DNA of 64,000 nucleotides. Origin: Callorhinchus milii (taxonomy: Eukaryota). Made by a program: the position numbers and the translations under genes. Below the pieces are notes generated by a model. It was not told where the DNA came from, searched no databases, and was given only the letters and a program-made list of their open reading frames with translations. This document shows positions 60,870-64,000 of this stretch, in pieces; position 1 is the stretch's first letter, and each line of letters opens with the position of its first letter. The stretch lies in NCBI RefSeq assembly GCF_018977255.1, contig NW_024704760.1, positions 1,860,001-1,924,000 on the forward strand, in the 5' to 3' direction.

Positions 60870-63181
60870 GAAGTGAGACAATTGTCAGCCTCACCTGTAG
60901 CTTCACTTACAACCCAGACACTGACTGACAGTAACATGGTAACAGTGGAATGCTTCTGTGTGGGAACAATCCAAGACTTCATCTTCACTGTAGGTGGCTA
61001 CAGTGCTCACATCCTAAATTGTACTTGAAAACCCAATCCCATTTCCTCCATGTCCCTTGCTGCACTAATGCCCAGCTCCACTGACCATTCAATGTACACT
61101 GTTACCAAGTGCAACAAAACCTCTCTGATAATCTTACAACAGTTTATATACGGGGGCCATTGTAAAAGGTAATATGAAAGGTGCATCATTTGCTACGAGT
61201 CTCTGAGCACATCTCAGCATGAATTTTGTGTGGTGGCGCATTGCTGTGCAATTGCTTTACCTTCTATGGACAGGAATTTGAGTTGGTCATTATCACAGAA
61301 CTGCCAAGGAGATGAGCTCTCTGGAGCGTTTTTCAGCGTGTTTACGTGTGGATCATTCTTATATTGAGATTTCCGTTCAGTTTCCCAGACGAGGTGATTT
61401 CTGGCAGGGAAACGGACGAGGCTGCACAGATCAGAAGCATCACTGACTGAAGGCTACAGGTAAGGGTCAGCAACTGATGCATCAATGGCCCAGGATACCA
61501 CTCGCTTCCTCGCAGAAGATCATTTCCATTCTTGCTCGCTATGCAATCGCTCGACTCATTATGTTTTATTACAAGCCTCAATGCTCTGCAAGACCAGAAA
61601 ATACAAAGCTAATTTTGAGAAAAGGTTTTACATTTTACCCATCACCATGAACTTTAATATTGAAAATGTCACCATCAAGTACCTTTAACTCGAAACATGT
61701 ATTAATGTCAATGCAATAAATTACTTATTGTTCACATCGTTACAGTTTTTTCCAGTAAGAATAAGTCATGTCTCATTCGGTAGTGAATTCCAGTCTATTA
61801 AATTCTATTCTACGTCTATGTTGCATTGTGTCATCTCATAACACTGAGTCCTCACAGTAAGTCCTCACAGTAACAACAATAATAAATTGGTCATTTTCAA
61901 TCTACGACTGTTTGTGGGACATTGCTGTGCGCAATTGGCTGCCGCGTTCGTCCACAAATATACAGTCAATTCACTTTACAGTGTGTTCTGTGAAGCGCTT
62001 TGGGACGTCCTCCCGACGTGAAAAGCGCTATATCAAATGCGAGGAAAAAGAAAAGGAGATGTCTGGATCAAGGATGTCCTTTGGCCGATTGATCAAAAGA
62101 CGGACAGAAAATCCAAACAACCAGCTCCCCATTTCAGCATCAAGTGGTTTCTTAAATGAGTTCAAGTGTCCTACCGTCTGTCAGGGAACCCATCCCAGCT
62201 GTCAGTTACCGCTATATACTCCCTGACGACTGTCCAATATTCCCCTTCACATCCCTGAGCCCTGTCAGGCTGCTGCCTTCGTAAAACAATCGGAAGCACT
62301 GTTGTGGATTGAAACTTTCTAGTCCACCAAACACTTTAATGACCTTTATTTGGTCGTGGAAACAAAGCAACCACTAAAAGCTCAACGGATTCCATGTGCA
62401 GCTACACAAACGCGCTCCTTAAAACCACAAAAGCATCACTTCTCTTTTTTTGGAGTCAACAGTTTGCAAACGTTTGTACTTAAGGAAGTTGTAATATTGC
62501 TATTTCGAGTGAGATTGCTCAATTAGTGGAATCGGACGTGGAGACGTGTTCTGGTAATGGCGACCGTGCGGGTCACAGAGCAGGGGGCAAGGTGGGGAGA
62601 GGGAGGTGATGGGGGCAGGGAGGGAGGGGGAGAGGGAGAGGGCATTTACAGTGGGAGTTCTAGAGGGTGGGGACAGGGACAGTGTCTGAAAGTTCGGTTG
62701 CCTGGGGTGGGGTGAGGACTGTGGAGCTGGTCCAGGTGTGTGGAGCGAAGGGGGAAGAGCAGGAGGACAGGCTGCAGGTCACAGAGGGAGGCAGATTCCT
62801 TAAATAATGGAGATATTTTGGTTCGAAAATGGCACAGAAAATGGGTCGAATCGCTCTGTTTATTCTAACTTCAATATCGGGGAAGCCCCATTTAAATGAC
62901 CCTTTGATTTTATTAGGTAAGCGTTTACAGTCACGCAAACTGCCCTCACATGTAGCCTGGGGTCACTTTGTTCTCTTTCCACAACTGTACACGTAGACTT
63001 CCTCCATTGAACTTCCCTTTAGTTATTGGTTTGAAAACTGAGCTTTTTGGCTTGTGAAGCAACGATTCCTCACTTTGTGTTGCACATTTCCTGAAACTTC
63101 TGATCAGAAAGCACTTCGACAGTGTATATACATACTGTCGTTTCTCGCGAAGACTGAATGTGGATCTCATCACTGGAAACT

Positions 63182-63987
63182 ATGAAGTTACTGGCTTTGC
63201 TGCTCCTCACTTTTATATCAGGTAAGAACATCCAAACCAAAATGTGCAATAGCTCCACCTTGCTCTCTATACTTGTGCGTTGTGTCCCTTCCAAATTAAC
63301 ATCAAGCGGCACCTCAGTGGCTCAGGGTGGAAATATTTTGTCTGCTCTGGCATTAAATTGTGAGACCCGAAGTCACAGGTTTCTGTCCAGGTCTTTGCTG
63401 AGCTGATCTCACTGGAGATGCTCCTGATCATTGCTCACAGGCTCCTTCTAGAAAATGTTCATGTTGGAATTGGGCTGAACTCGGCCTTCCGCCAGTTAAA
63501 TGACTGCCAACACTCTCACATGAACACTGAGCTATCAGCTATCCCACAGGTGCTGGCACAGGTGGATGGTTCACTGGAACTGTTCCACAGACTGACTGAT
63601 CAAGGCTTTGTTTATTTGTGTTTATCCAAACTTTTTCATGTTACGTTTAATCAACAGGTTCATCAGGACGAATCGAATCAAAAGTGCTAATGGCTAAGCT
63701 GGGAGAAAACATCATTATAAAGTGTCAATACCCGAAACTAACCAGGAAATCAAGGAATTGTTTGTGTAAACAAACCAAAGATAATTACTGCAATTATCTT
63801 GTATGTACTGATGGAGATTTCAACACAGTATATGATGAGAGAGCTTCAATGACTGGGAGCAATGATGGTCCAATTTCTGCTGCCGTGAAGACACTTGAAG
63901 AGAAAGACACTGGGATATACTGGTGTGGAAAAGATAATGGTAAAACTATAGAAATTTCAGAGGTTGTGCTGCTGAAAGTGTTCAAAG
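63182..63987 (+). CDS. Gene J (3' end off-window): recent duplicate of gene I
   Basis: Leader 63182-63221 and V1 63658-63987, offset 6195 from I; one amino-acid difference seen in V1 (KVT vs KLT). Confidence 0.85.
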
Positions 63988-64000
63988 GTAAGAATGCCTT

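Larger units (their letters stand above)
56316..64000. repeat. Direct tandem duplication I/J (56316-57805 vs 62511-64000, offset 6195, continues off-window)
   Basis: About 99% identical by eye after the first ~70 bp. Confidence 0.95.

Noticed and set aside
61912-62226. Recurring ORFs such as [12 protein letters not shown].. and [16 protein letters not shown]
   Set aside because: Translations of SINE copies.

Overview
Eukaryotic genomic DNA, probably from a cartilaginous fish (inferred from SacSINE1/DeuSINE-like SINEs and HER1/HE1-like CR1 tails). The whole window is a dense cluster of about 11 multi-exon Ig-superfamily receptor genes of the CD300/pIgR/TREM/MDIR group (V domains with the extra C-C' cysteine pair, KYWC...C). 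I label them A1, A2, B, C, D, E, F, G, H, I and J. Gene models were built by hand from splice sites and exon phases. B, D, F, G and H have ITIM/ITSM-type inhibitory tails. A2, E and I have short tails and an Arg in a W-x-x-[LI]-R-W transmembrane motif (activating type). There are two recent ~6.1-6.2 kb tandem duplications (A1/A2 and I/J). The most striking structure is a 1.3-1.55 kb inverted repeat (8487-10037 vs 15051-16353) that brackets the entire constant part of one inhibitory gene. The arm with promoter and intact leader points away from the gene body, and the arm joined to the body has no in-frame start. Inverting the 5 kb between the arms would rebuild an intact gene and could pick between two V exons that differ mainly in the FG loop. 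Introns and intergenic DNA hold dozens of tRNA-derived SINEs, L2 and CR1 fragments, and one 19-bp minisatellite. All counts and identities were made by eye.
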